A stretch of 64,000 nt of DNA from Balamuthia mandrillaris (taxonomy: Eukaryota), in contig JAVKOQ020000014.1 of assembly GCA_031835245.2 (NCBI GenBank), positions 248,001 to 312,000 on the forward strand, written 5' to 3'. Each line of letters opens with the position of its first letter. The first letter of the stretch is position 1. The translations under genes were made by a program, and so were the position numbers. Shown here piece by piece: positions 23,968 through 36,146 of the stretch. A model generated the notes under the pieces. The model had not been told where the DNA came from and ran no database searches. It saw nothing but the letters and a program-made list of their open reading frames with translations.

Positions 23968-25356
23968 ATGCAAACGGAAGATGAAGCCTTCCCTTGCGTT
24001 CGCTTCCTCCTGGTGGCGTTGTGCTCCGTGTCGGTGACCCTGTTGCTGGCGCTGCGGCAGTGGTGGACCCCTTTCGAGCTATGGTTCCACAGACAACGCG
24101 TCCGACGCTACTTTGGCACCGTCCACGAACAACGGCACCGGCGGCATCACCTTGGTGGTCGCAAGGCGATCAAGGCCACAAAATCAAAGTACACTCCGCT
24201 TAGCGTTCCTCCGCCAGGCAAAATATTTCGCTGGGACTTTCGATCCCCTTCTCCTCCCTCTTCTTCTTCTTCTTCTTCTTCCTTCACAGACAAGGAGCCT
24301 CTTCGTGTGGTGTCCTGGAACCTTGAGTTCGGCTACCAGTTGGACGACATCATGGAACAACTGGCGTCGCTTCGCCCGGACGTCGTGTTGTTGCAGGAGG
24401 TGGACCTGTTTGATAACGGGAGGGACTTGAGCCGCAACGTGTGCACCGCCATCGCCGCCAGGCTGCGCATGAACGCCGTGTGGGCTGGACACCATCGTTA
24501 CTTTCTTTCCTCTGCTTCTTCTTCTTCTTCTTTGCGTGAACGGAAAGTGAAAGAGAACGAGGGAAGAGAAGAAGGGGAAAGAGAAGAAGGAAGAGGAGGA
24601 GGGTGTTGGGGGAATGCTATTCTGACGAGGTGGGATGTAGAGGAGGAGAGCGTGAGGTTCTTACGGTTGGAGCATTTACCTGGCTACGATAGAAGCGCCC
24701 TTTGTGCTCGCATTCTTCTTCCACACTCTTCTTCTTCTTCTTGTGCTTCTGCTTCTTCTTCTTCATTGTTATGCTGCTCCGTTCATTTAGAAGTATGTTG
24801 TGGCCTCTCTCGGCGGCTTCAACAGTTCGAACAAGTGCTTTCTTGGCTGCAAGAAGACGCTGCCAACAAACCGCAACAGAGAGAAGGGGAAGCGAAGGAG
24901 GGGGTCATCATAGGAGGAGACTTGAACACTTTGGCACATGGACTGCTTCGGTTGTCTCCCTTCCATTGTGGAGATGAGCATCGATGGCAAAGTGTTGGCT
25001 GGACAGAGGCTCAGTGGTGGCATCACCACATCTTTTCTTCCTCTTCTTCTCCGTCTTCTTCTTTTCTTTCTTCTTCCACACTCAACTTTATTCACCAACT
25101 TGGTCTACGTGATCCGTTTTGCAAAGACGTAAGTAAGGAGAACGATAAGAGAAGGACGAAGAAACGATGGTTATTCTTAAAGAAGCAACACGAAAACGAA
25201 GATGAGGAAGAAGTCAGCATGGAGAACTTTTGGATCTCAGCAAAGATGGATTGGCTACTTCTCTCTCGCTCCTTGAACGTGTTGGACAAGAGAGTGGGTC
25301 GTGGATGTAACGCCTCTGACCACTTTTGGCTATCTGTGGATGCTTCTGTTTCTTAA
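23968..25356 (+). CDS. Endonuclease/exonuclease/phosphatase (EEP) family protein with N-terminal membrane anchor (intronless)
   Basis: LRVVSWNL, PDVVLLQEVD, GNAILTRW, SVHLE, IIGGDLN, KMDWLL and ASDH motifs. Confidence 0.88.
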   Translation: MQTEDEAFPCVRFLLVALCSVSVTLLLALRQWWTPFELWFHRQRVRRYFGTVHEQRHRRHHLGGRKAIKATKSKYTPLSVPPPGKIFRWDFRSPSPPSSSSSSSSFTDKEPLRVVSWNLEFGYQLDDIMEQLASLRPDVVLLQEVDLFDNGRDLSRNVCTAIAARLRMNAVWAGHHRYFLSSASSSSSLRERKVKENEGREEGEREEGRGGGCWGNAILTRWDVEEESVRFLRLEHLPGYDRSALCARILLPHSSSSSCASASSSSLLCCSVHLEVCCGLSRRLQQFEQVLSWLQEDAANKPQQREGEAKEGVIIGGDLNTLAHGLLRLSPFHCGDEHRWQSVGWTEAQWWHHHIFSSSSSPSSSFLSSSTLNFIHQLGLRDPFCKDVSKENDKRRTKKRWLFLKKQHENEDEEEVSMENFWISAKMDWLLLSRSLNVLDKRVGRGCNASDHFWLSVDASVS

Positions 25357-25392
25357 CAGATCCTAAAACCTTTTATTTTTAAACTCTATCTT

Positions 25393-25890
25393 TCAAAAGA
25401 AGCAGAAACCTTGCAGGGCAGACGCTGAAGAAGAAGGAGAAGAGTGTTCGCCCTCCTCCGAGTTTTGGTTATATTCTACGTTTCCACCATCGTCATCGTA
25501 GACGTCTCCTCCATCCTGGGTGCCGTCATCATCGTAGCCATTGCGGCCATCATCGTAGACGTTCCCTCCATCGTCATCGGGGTACCCGCCATCGTTGTAA
25601 CCATCATAGCCATCGTCATCGGGGTACCCGCCATCCTTGTGGCCATCATAGCCGTCGTCGTCGTAGCCGCCATTGTGACCACCATAGCCGTCGTCCTTGG
25701 GGTCGCAGTCGTCGTGGTGAGGTTTATGGTGATGGTGATAGTCGTCCGTTTTGTTTGGGGTAGGTTTGTGGTACTTGCCACCGCCGTAGTAGTTGTCGTC
25801 GTAAGACTCGCGCAAGGTGCTCGCGTTGGTGGCGATGATGGCAGCGAAGAGAACGACAATGAAGGCAAACACAGCGGTCGTCAGGTTCAT
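25393..25890 (-). CDS. Secreted Asp/Gly/Tyr-rich repetitive protein, possibly GPI-anchored or a cyst-wall component
   Basis: Signal peptide, His tract, DGGY(P)DDDG repeats, tail SSASALQGFCFF; TATAAAA upstream at 25974-25980 (-). Confidence 0.8.
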   Translation of the reverse strand: MNLTTAVFAFIVVLFAAIIATNASTLRESYDDNYYGGGKYHKPTPNKTDDYHHHHKPHHDDCDPKDDGYGGHNGGYDDDGYDGHKDGGYPDDDGYDGYNDGGYPDDDGGNVYDDGRNGYDDDGTQDGGDVYDDDGGNVEYNQNSEEGEHSSPSSSASALQGFCFF

Positions 25891-26211
25891 TTTGTGTGGT
25901 GTTGTTTTTGTTGGTTGGAGTTTGTGAGGATAATGAAAGGAGAGGGACGTTGAAGTAAAAAGGACTCCTTGTTTTTTATATTACACGGAAAGCAGATGCT
26001 AGTCTCTGTGAATACAAACATTTCAGCAAGAGGAGATATGGAAGACCAAGGAAAACCATACAATATTCATGTCCAGTCTTATGATATCGATTCAACACGC
26101 TGCATTGACTTTTCGATGATATCTTGCTGCTTTTGTCTCACTAAACCACTTTTAAGGCATTACCGTTTAAGGTGGACGAGAGAGAGAGAGAGAGAGACCT
26201 ACCTGTTGGTC

Positions 26212-28573
26212 TTACAGATCTTCGTGAGCTCCTCCGAAGGTGGCTTTCACCAGGACAGGTGGAAAGGAATGGTGTCGTTTCACATATGATAGAAACTCCC
26301 TCAGCGTTCGTCCCTGCAAGGATCGATAAGCAGCACGAAAGCCCTCGCCGGTGATGGAAGACGGATTATCCTCCAGAAACTTGATGGAGAACATTACTTC
26401 GGGCTCCATTCGTTTTTGTGATAAGTACAAATAAGCAAACAGCTCACAAAGTCCCTGTCGATGAAGCAAAACAGTCTCAGTACAAGAAAATATTGAACGA
26501 AGAAGAGAAGAAAATGAGCTTGGGCACCTCTTCGACTTGTAAAGGCAAGCTGCATTCATTTTCGAGGGATGTTGCTATCCAGTAATGCACAAGTTCATGA
26601 GCGAGCACGGACTGGATTCTCGTTTTAGACATTCCTTTGCGTAACACGATCTTCACCGGCACTTGTACTCTCTTGTATATAATGTCAATATTGGGCAGGT
26701 AAGATAAGATGCAAGAAACGAAGGACAGGAAAGAAGCTGGTAACACAGCTTTGAAAGCGTACTTGATGGAATTCGTCAACCACCAACCCTTTCTTGATGG
26801 TTATACCAGAAGGATCGTGAATGCCGCCAGGATCCACTCGTCGCATTAACTCGGTCATATCTCGTTTGTTCACCAAAGCGATGGGCGGTAATTGTTCCAA
26901 ATTATGATTTTTACTCCGGGTTGAAGGTTCTTGTTGTGGGCATGCGATGTCGATTCCATAGTTTAGGCCCAGTTTTTGAAAGAAGCAGATGATATCGAGT
27001 GCCATTTCTTGAACTCGTTGTTGTTCCATCGTTGAAAAAGAAGAAGAAGAAGAAGAAGAAGAAGAAGAAGAAGAAGAAGAAGCAGGAGAAGGCGTTGAAG
27101 CTGCAGGAACAGAAGGAGGATCAAGAGTTGTTGCAAGTCTGGTAGACGGAGGAAGCTTCTCATAAAGAAGAGAGGTTGACCCTCCGTTCCACAAAAAGCA
27201 CTCTCCACATACTTTCTCCTCAAAGTTGCGATACTTTCTCGGTACAGAAAGCTCGCTGAAGAACCGTTCCACCTCTCTCATCGCCTTCCGCCACCGCAGA
27301 GAAGAAGCAGCCACCACAGAAAAAGAAGAAGATGGAGCTGTCAATAGAGTCAATTGAGGAGAAAGGACACACGGTCAATACGGAACAACCGCTGCATTCA
27401 AAGTAATCCGGGTGAGAGAGGTGAGCACCGCAAATGGCTTGGCCAGAAGGAGACAAGCTGTAGGGTGTCTCTTCCGCGAATGCCTGGCGACAATAGGAGC
27501 AGTGAGAGACAAAGGCGAGAGCGTAGTCGAGGCTGCAGTAGGGTCGCTCTTGGTCGATATCTAGGAAGATGGAGCGGGAGAGAGATCCTTCAAGATCCCT
27601 ACAGGCTGCTTCCTTAAGAGGACGTTTGCAGGTGGTGCAACGGAAGCAGGATGGATGCCACACTCTGCCAAGACCAACTACGTACTCCTTGCTTCCATCT
27701 TCATGATAATTTAGACAAAAGAAGCGACAAACAGTGAGGAGAGCAGAGATAAATAGAAAAGAGAAGGAGGAAAGAGACAAACAAGAAGAGAAAAACGAAA
27801 GGAGGGTACCCAAGCAAACATCCTCAGAACAAATAGGACATCGTCTCAAGGTAGGGAGAGGAAGCGGAGCGTCCGGGATGTTCTCTAAAATATCTGTTGG
27901 CGATTTCCCTAAACTGGCCTTCAGTATCTGCTCGCATTAGAGGAAGTCATGGAAGGGAGCAACAGAGAAGCATAGACGAACGAAGAGAGAAGTGAGATAG
28001 AGCGAAGAGCAAAGAGACAAGCAGCGAAGAGAGAAGAGAGAAGACATGCAGCGAAGACAAGCTAGACGCGGGAAGCAACAGAGAGAAGGAGGAGAAAAGA
28101 GGAAAAACCTGTTTGGCTTCCTCAGCCGAAACCGGAGAGAACAGGTCCACCCCCGCGATGTCCCTCCGCGAGCTTCCATAGCGGCGATACTCGCGCAGGG
28201 CATAGGCCCCAAAACACGTGAGCAGCAGCAGGTTGGTGAAGAACGGTATTTTGCGGCTCCTCCACTCATGCCACTTTGCTCTTGCGGTTTGTCGTTGTGG
28301 CGACCCTTTGGCTGCGGAAGCGGACCCAAAAAAGCGGCGACATGGAAGCGGAAGAAGAAGAGAAGGCTTCGGCAAAAGGGATGAGGAGGCCGAGGAAGAG
28401 AGCCGTCGTGTGACGAAGTGGAGCGGAGGCAAAGAGTTTCGGAGGTGTGGAAGAGTTAGACTCGTATGCGCTACGGAAGAGAAGTAGGAGTACTGGCAAC
28501 TCCTTAGCCCAGGTCTAGCTCCTAGGCCCCCACGAGCAGTCGCAATAACCATCGGAGGAAACGCCGAAAGCAT
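26212..28573 (-). CDS. LIM-domain and DA1-like zinc metallopeptidase (multi-exon; 3' end uncertain)
   Basis: LIM: CPIC...WHPSCFRCTTC...PYCSLDY; LIM-like: CSYC...CGAH...CSGC...CGEC; peptidase: VLAHELVHYWI, LQVEE-GLCEL, GEGFR. Confidence 0.8.
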
Positions 28574-28676
28574 TTCACTCTCTCTCTCTCTTTTATTTAT
28601 TTATTTTTCTTTATTTTTTTGTAAAGTTGAAAGAAATGACAGCGAAATTTTGATTACAAGTCGCAGGAAATTTGGA

Positions 28677-28750
28677 TTGTCGACAAATTAAAACATCATG
28701 TCGTCCTTAAGTTGCATATTGTCGACAATATATAATTCATGTCGTCCTTA
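28677..28750. promoter_or_regulatory. About 41-bp duplicated unit carrying TGTCGACA and TCATGTCGTC upstream of the DA1-like gene
   Basis: TGTCGACA at 28678 and 28720; TCATGTCGTCCTTA at 28696 and 28737. Confidence 0.6.
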
Positions 28751-28778
28751 CAAAATTCTGGCGGTTAGAGAGACTCGT

Positions 28779-31700
28779 TCAGTAGTCTTGCCAGTCACCC
28801 TCGGAGAGGAGAGGGAGGTCCTCCGTGCCTTCCTCTCCCGAGAAGTTGACGGCACCCAAGGAGGCCGAGAAATCCCTCAGCTTTCTCCTCCGCCAGACCA
28901 CGGCGCCGGAGAGCACGGCCACCACCGCACAGAGCGCCACCCCCACGCTCACCGACACCGCCACCACCAGCTTCACGTTCATTCCATCATCTTTGTCGCT
29001 TCTGGTGTCCACCAAGACTTGCACGTCCGGGTCGTAAAACATTTGCTTGCCCATGGGCATTCGGATCACCAACCATTGCTGTTCCTCTCCATCTTTGCTG
29101 ACCGTTTCCACTTTGGCGCTTGCGGCCTGTTCCTCTCCATCCACCAAACACACTTGCAACAGGTTGAGGGTGACTTGGGTGCTGTCGGTCCTCCACACGC
29201 TGTTTGTCACCACCGTGTCACCTCTTCCTTCTCGTAGATGCGTTTGGTCGGCTGGGATCAGCGCGCTATCTGAACTGTTCATTCTTACTATCAACTCCAA
29301 CCATCTCGCCGTTTTCCCTTCCTCGTCTCTGATCCGTTTCTCCGAACGCGCAAGACGAGAAGGAGAGGAAGAAAGCCAGTCAGCCCAACCAGAGAGCAGC
29401 ACGCTCCATTTGGTGAACCCAGCACCCACCTTGAATGTCCTGTTCCCCACATGAAACTCCTTCTCCTCCTCCACCACCGTGAATCTCCATTCCACTCCCT
29501 TTCTCCCTTCCTCCTTCTTTTCATCTTCCTCCACCTCCCACAGGAAGGCAATGGTCCTCTCATCCAAGAAAGAGGAGTGGTAGCCAGAAGAAGGGAAGCT
29601 CATCTTCCTCACCTCCTCCCCTTTCCCGTCCAACTCTCGAATGGAGTGAAACACAAAGTCCAAGCGGAGGTGCTCTTGAGGGGCAGTGCCTTGCTTGGGG
29701 ACCAGTTGGAGGTTTGGGGTGTTGTCTGGGAACTGGCTGGCTGTCTCTCCTGCACCTGGATCGATGCTGGGCTTCACCTCCTCTTCACCCAAGACAGCAG
29801 ACCAAGAGATCAGAGGGAAGTGGTTGGGTGTGCTGCTTCGGCATCCGATCTCCACCTTGGTTGCTGCCAAGGGTTGCTTGGAGGAGAGGGCGAAGCGGAA
29901 GGATGTCCAAGTGCTGGTGGACAGGTCCCCCACTTGGCAGAGCACGTGCTTCTCTGCGCTTTCCTCCAGCAGCGCAGTGCATGGCAATGGGCTGGTGAAG
30001 GAGGAGTCTGCCAGAGAGGAAGCACCATCCCCATCAAGGATGGTGAAGTTGAAGAAGCACTCCACTTGGCGAGCCCACGATGGTCCTCCGCTCTTCATCT
30101 CCACGGCAAACTCCTTGCTGTTGTTCTTGCTCTCTTGTTTGTGCTTGAAGAACCAACTTGGTCAACAGAACGCCAGCAGCGGAACCAGAAAAGAAAAGCG
30201 AAAAAAGCCAGAAGGAAAGCAAACCAATCGAGGAGGTGTGGAAGGCTGGAGCCATTCCACATTCATCAACAGCTTGTTGCTCAACGTTGTGGTGGTCAGC
30301 TCTCCCTTCACCTTTGGCAGCTCCTTCCCCAACTCGTCCTTCAGCTCCACCGAGAACTCCACTGCTGCCAAGGAGGAACCCGAGTTCAACCGCACTGCAA
30401 TCTCCTTCTCCACTTCCCCTCCTCCTCCAACATCCAACTGGCAGCTCAACTCCACCTCCTTTTCCTCCTCCTGCTCCACAGCCGCCTTGCAAAAGGCTTG
30501 AGTGAAGGCATTTTGCACGAGGGTGATGTCCAGCGGAAAATGCCAGGTCATGGAGGTGGCAAGACTGGTTGAAGGCCCTCTGTTGCAAAGCTTGAACTGG
30601 ATCTCCGTCTCCCCTCCTGCCACAATCCTTGTTGCTGCTTCATCTGTTCTTGGATGGTGTTGGTTTGTTTCCATGTTTCATGAGTACGAAGCCTTGCAGT
30701 TATTGAAAAACAAAATGAAAGAGAAGGAGGGAACCAAGGAGAGCAAAGGCAAGTTGAATGTTGGGAGAAGGTTGAGAGGATTGTGGTGTGGGAGGAGTGA
30801 AGATGGTCTCATCTGCCGCACCACAGGTTGGGATGGCGATGACCACATTGTCTCTCATTGCAGGAGGCAATGGCAGGGTCTGAAAAGAAAAGCTTTCTGC
30901 ACCGGTGACGAGGAGGGAAACAACATTAGAAAAGCATACGAAGAAAAAGAGGAAGGAAGAATGAAGAAAGAAGGACAACGAAAGAGAAGAGAAGAGAAGG
31001 GAAGGGAAGAACGAACCAAAGGAGGCAGGAGGCAAACTGGAGTGTTGAAACCCACAACGAAGCTTGCCATCCCCTCCATCCCCACATGTCGAAGGAAGAG
31101 CTTCCCGATCCAACACAGACAATGGGGAGAAGGACACCACACAATAGCCTTCTCTCACCATTGCTGCTCCCCTGTTGGACACGTTGAATGAGGCCTGGAG
31201 GGGTGTGCCTTGCCCTGGTACGAATGAAGCAGGAAGGTCCTTGGTGAAGCTCGCTTCCAGTGTGGGTGGAATGGCGACGATGAGCTGTCCATTGGTTGCC
31301 GTCTCTTTCTGCAACTCATCCTTGACGCGAATGGAGAACCCCACCACGGACAGCGTGGAACCTGCTGCCAACTCCACCTCGATTTGTCTCTCCTCTTCTC
31401 CAGGTTTGACGTTCAAGGTGCAGGTGAGGGCGAGATGATCGGCAAGGACGGAGGAGGAGCAAAAGGACTGGGTGAAAGGAGTGTCGAGGATCTTGATGTC
31501 CAGAGGAAAGGTCCAATCCAGGGAAGTGGAAAGGCTTGTGGAAATGCCCTTGTTGCCAAGCTTAAAGCGGATGGCTATGGAACCACCTGGCCTGATTGAA
31601 GCACCCGAGTCTTGTTTGGTTTTTGTTTCAAATGATAAGAAAAAAACAAAAAAAGAAACAAAACCGAGAACAAAAAACTAAAGTGAATAAGGAGGCGTAC

Positions 31701-32838
31701 TGAGCAAAGCAAGAGAGAGTTGGATGTCGGGAGAAGGGCGCATGGATTGTGGGGTTGGGGGAGTGTATTGCTTCAACTCATTTCCTGCATTGTTGTTGCA
31801 GGAGGGCACCGCCACCGTCACAGTTTCTCGCATCTCTGCTCCCAACACAAGAGTCTTGAATGCAAAGCTTTCTGTTGAGAACGAGCAACGCAAGCATCAG
31901 TTCGAACTCAAGAGCTAGAACAAATCGACAAGGAAAGGAAAAGCAGGCAAAGAAGAGGACAAAGAACGGAAAGAGAAGAAAGAAAGAAGAAAGAAAGAAA
32001 GAAACGACAAGAAAGAAAGAACAAGGAAGAAAAAAACGAACGAAACCAACGGACCAGAGGTGGCAGGTGGCAATGGACTATTTCGAAAGTTGCAACGAAT
32101 GGTGCCCTCCGGCCCATCTCCACAGTTGCCCGGCAATTGCAAACGATCCAAGGAAGAGCGTGGGGTGAAGGCCAACAAGCAAAAGCCGCCATTCACCAAA
32201 GAAGGGCCACTGCTGGAGACCTGGAAAGAGAAGGGAAAGACGTCATCGCGCCCAGGCACGTAAGAAGAAGGAAAGTTGGAAGTGAATGTGGCTGTCAGGC
32301 TGAAGCTTGGCCGGATCTGGATGTCCACCGAGTAGTAATCCTTGTGTGTCCCATCAAAGGTGAAGTACCTTAGAGGCTCGTCCGGTTGAACGGCCGTAAG
32401 AGGAACGTTATATTGTCTTTGGAAGGAGACAATTCCTCCACCAGTGCCACGCACGATGCAGTGGTTTAGCTGCGGGGCGGGATCGCAGGTGGCCTTTAGA
32501 CCAAGCGGAACGTTTGAAGGCTTGAGCCCTTCAACAGTTCATAAAGATATGTTAAAAACCAGTTCTGCACCAAAAAAAAAAAGCACGAAAGCGAAAGTAC
32601 TATCAGTAGCCCAAGCGGTGTATGGTCCAGACTTGCCCAACGTTATTTCACAAGGCGGCTCATTGGCTTCCTTCACGAGGACGGAGAGCGTGAGAACAAA
32701 GGGCTGGCCAGGAGCTGGAGTCGGGGGATCTGTCGACCACGACTTGCCGGCACAAGTAATAGCAAACGAGCCGGAAACAAAGGTGCAGCTGAACATCACG
32801 TACAAGATGTACATGTTCACGAACGCTTTGGTGGGCAT
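28779..32838 (-). CDS. Large type I membrane surface protein (Ig-like/DUF11-like beta repeats, ComC-supersandwich-like domain, TM), paralogue A
   Basis: Signal peptide; repeated F-x-(V/L)-x-N/S-x-GP-S units; FHSIRELD...KWSVLLSGW...MFYDPDVQVLV; TM VVAVSVSVGVALCAVVAVLSGAVVW; tail GAVNF. Confidence 0.75.
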
Positions 32839-32989
32839 CTCGTGGAGAAAAGAACAGCTCCGGCTCGACTGCAGCCTCTTCCGGCAGGGATACAAGCGCT
32901 CCACAGTTTGTCGTTCAAGTTTGTTCTTTGTTGCTTGTTTCTTATTACCTCCATATTAATTATTACACGAGGCATTACACATTTGTTGC

Positions 32990-35436
32990 CTACGATGCTA
33001 CCCTCCAAAAGAACGGGAGCAACGGAGAGCATCCAGAGGCAGAGCCGTCTTCGTCTGTGGACGAGGAGGAGAGAGCTGAATCGTTGCTGTCCTCCGCTAC
33101 ACAAGCATCCACACCCACAGAGCCAGCTGAGCTCATCTGACCTTCCGGACAAGAGAGGCACTGCAGCTCCTCCGAGGACCAATACTGGTTGGCCTCGCAT
33201 TGGGTGCACACCACGTCCTCGAAAGGGTGCCATAGGAGCACATCGGAGCCACAATCGAAGCCGCACATGTTTCTGCCCACGAGCCTTGCGTTAGGATGTT
33301 CGCACTCATCGCTGCATTCTCCATTTGCGTTCAGCACATAGTTTTCCTTGCACCCTGATGATTGAAATGTGAAAAGAACAGATGCATTAGCGCCCTCAAA
33401 AGAAGGAAGAAGCCAGCAAGAGCGACATGAAAGAGGGGTTCCTACGCAACACAGCAAGACGGTCAGAATCCAGAGAAAAATAAACACTTCCATCGACTGC
33501 AATGGACAGAGACTGGTCTAGCACCGGACTCCCATTGGTAAAGTTCCAAAGCAGTTGAAAGGTCGCCAAGTCTACTGCAAGTTTTTCATTTGCAACTGAG
33601 AGATACAGCACCCCGTCCTGAGAGACTGCCCCCGCTGCTTCATTCTCCTGCGTTACCTGCCCTTCAAGAGTTTGAAGGAGATTCACTTGTGTGCCAGTTT
33701 CTGGGGACAGTCCGACTACTACCAACGTGTTGGTCTGCATCTCTCTCCAAAAAGTAATAATGGACCTATATTGTTATTCTCAGTTAGTCTGGGGGAGAGA
33801 GGAGAGAGGAGAGAGAACACAAGAAACATGTCTGAAAGCTTACCCATCTATGGGACTCGTTGTTGGCACTTGCCTGCTGTTGGAGAATATACCATCTGCA
33901 AGGTCATCGATGGGCGTTCCCCATTCCAGCTCTCCATTCTCTGTGTTCAATGCTAACACACCACCTTCATTAATTGCCTGTTATTTTGTTGTGGTTAAAA
34001 CCTGGATCAGCCTAGATACAAAGAACAATGAAGAAAAGAGAAGAGAAGAGAAGAGAAGAGAAGAGAAGAGAAGAGAAGAGAAGAGAAGAGAAGAGAAGAG
34101 AAGAGAAGAGAAGAGAAGAGAAGAGAAGAGAAAAAGAGAAAGAGAGAGAAGAGAAGAGAAGAGAAGAGAAGAGAAGAGAAGAGAAGAGAAGAGAAGAGAA
34201 GAGAAGAGAAGAGAAGAGAAGAGAAGAGAAGAGAAGAGAACAGAAGAGAAGAGAACAGAAGAGAAGAGAAGAGAACAGAAGAGAACAGAAGAGAACAGAA
34301 GAGAACAGAAGAGAACAGAAGAGAAAGATAAGAGTGACAATAATGGTGAGGAGAGGCATACCACAAACAACAATCTGCCATCTTCGGACAGAGAGGGCGA
34401 CCCTCCGGTGATATATCTTGGGAAAGGAGCTATATCTGCCAAAGAGTGGCTCCAAACCACCTCATTCTGTGGAAGGCGAATGGCCAAGCACAACGAGGCT
34501 GCCCAAGGAGATTCAGTGACGAAATAGAAGACCCCGTTACCATTGGTGGCTGGCGTGACAAACTCTACGTAGTCACCTCCACCATATAACTCTGCCGTGG
34601 CATTATTGCGAACTTGTTCTTGAAGAGCAAAGTCATAAACCACCATATCGCTATTTGCGTCCAAAACATACACCAGACCATCCACTGCAATGAACAGTAA
34701 GAAGAAGAAAATGAACAAGAACAAAAAGAAAGTTGCAAGAGCAGAAGAACGTAGGAAGTAAAGTCAACAATAAAGATGAATGGAGTCAGCAAAACAGACG
34801 CAAAAACTGGAGAAACTAAACGTACCAACAGAAACAGAGGGTCCGTAAAGAGAAAACACATAATGGGGCCAGCTGGTGGTGCTATTTACTGTTCCGGTAC
34901 TCCAGTCGACAACAGTTACACCGTCTCTATCCAACAAAAACATCTTTCCATCATCAGTAACGGCTGGATGGCCGGTGAAGACTTCCTTATCTACGACGAT
35001 GGAAGACAAGTTGCCGGTGAGGCTGTTCCAGTGGCGCACCACGTTCTTCCCAGCAAAGTAGCTGTTGCCCCGTTGGTCATGCGCGACACCTCCTGTGTTC
35101 CACTCCTCTTCCAACGTTACAAACTTTTTCAATGGTTAGACTTCATAAAACAAAACACAAACACAACCCGCATTCCATAGTTCAACAAGCAATAGAGAAC
35201 AACAGAAACAAGTAAACGAGAATGGCAGAGAAGAAACCAATAGCAAAAAGCAACATTACCTCGGTGTTGTCAAGCGAATGAAAGCCTGCTGCAGTGGGAT
35301 GGACGTTGGAGTTAAGGAGGTCAGCATGGGCTTTGCTCCACCCGGCAGCTAGCTCTTGCGCGCTCACCACCACCAACGGCACACAGCTGGCAAGCAGCAG
35401 GAGCACGGGGACAGCACCGATCATACACCGTTTCAT
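32990..35436 (-). CDS. Secreted PQQ-like beta-propeller protein with Cys-rich (GCC2/GCC3-like) C-terminus and GPI-like tail, paralogue A
   Basis: Signal then QELAAGWSKAHADLLNSNVHP; GHPAVTDDG, TPATNGNG, GGSPSLSEDG, ALNTENGELEW; CLSCPEGQMSSAGSVGVDAC. Confidence 0.75.
34035..34322. repeat. (AGAAG)n pentanucleotide microsatellite in an intron
   Basis: Directly visible. Confidence 0.9.
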
Positions 35437-35810
35437 TTGTGTAGTTGTGTGTGTAAAGGTTGAATAACCAAAGTGAGTTGAAACTGAAACGAAATGAAAA
35501 AAAAAAAGCTTCTCTGTGTAACGCTGCGGCATAAAAAAGGAGAATGGCCGTGTGGTATAGCACCGGAAAGGAAGCGGTACGAAAAAGGACAGGACGCTCG
35601 GCGATAATGCATTTTTTGAACGCAATTAGCATCCAGGCAGCAAACACGGTTCATGGTCTGAGACGTCACCGTTTGTAATTCGGTTTGGGGGCGACGGAGT
35701 ATGAGAACAACGCACGGCAGAGCTGAGAGAAGAAGGCTGGAAAAAAATCCCCGAGTATATCTAATCCTGCACACCGGGGCAGCTCTCTCAAAGAAAAAAA
35801 ATTGAGCACT

Positions 35811-35882
35811 TAGCAGAGAGAGGTTTCGATCCTCCGACCTGTGGGTTATGGGCCCACCACGCTTCCACTGCGCCACTCTGCT
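35811..35882 (-). tRNA. Initiator tRNA-Met (CAT)
   Basis: Reverse complement AGCAGAGTGGCGCAGTGGAAGCGTGGTGGGCCCATAACCCACAGGTCGGAGGATCGAAACCTCTCTCTGCTA: A1-U72 pair, three G-C pairs in the anticodon stem, AUCG T-loop; T-run downstream. Confidence 0.95.
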
Positions 35883-36146
35883 TTTCGTTTGCTTGCGGGA
35901 GAGCTTCTCTTGCCGTTCAAGTTACGCCCTGCGGAATATTCATTCTTGGCATACTTTGCATTCCTGCAATATTTCACGACGATGACGTCATGCAAATATA
36001 AATTAGGGAAGAACGATCAGAATTCGATCAGAAAATTCCCTTTAATAAATGGATGATGGCAGCATCCGGTGACATCAAAGTTGCCAATATAAAAAGGCCA
36101 AAGCAAAAAAAAAAACATTACAGCACGGGGGTGTGTGGCGAGGGAC

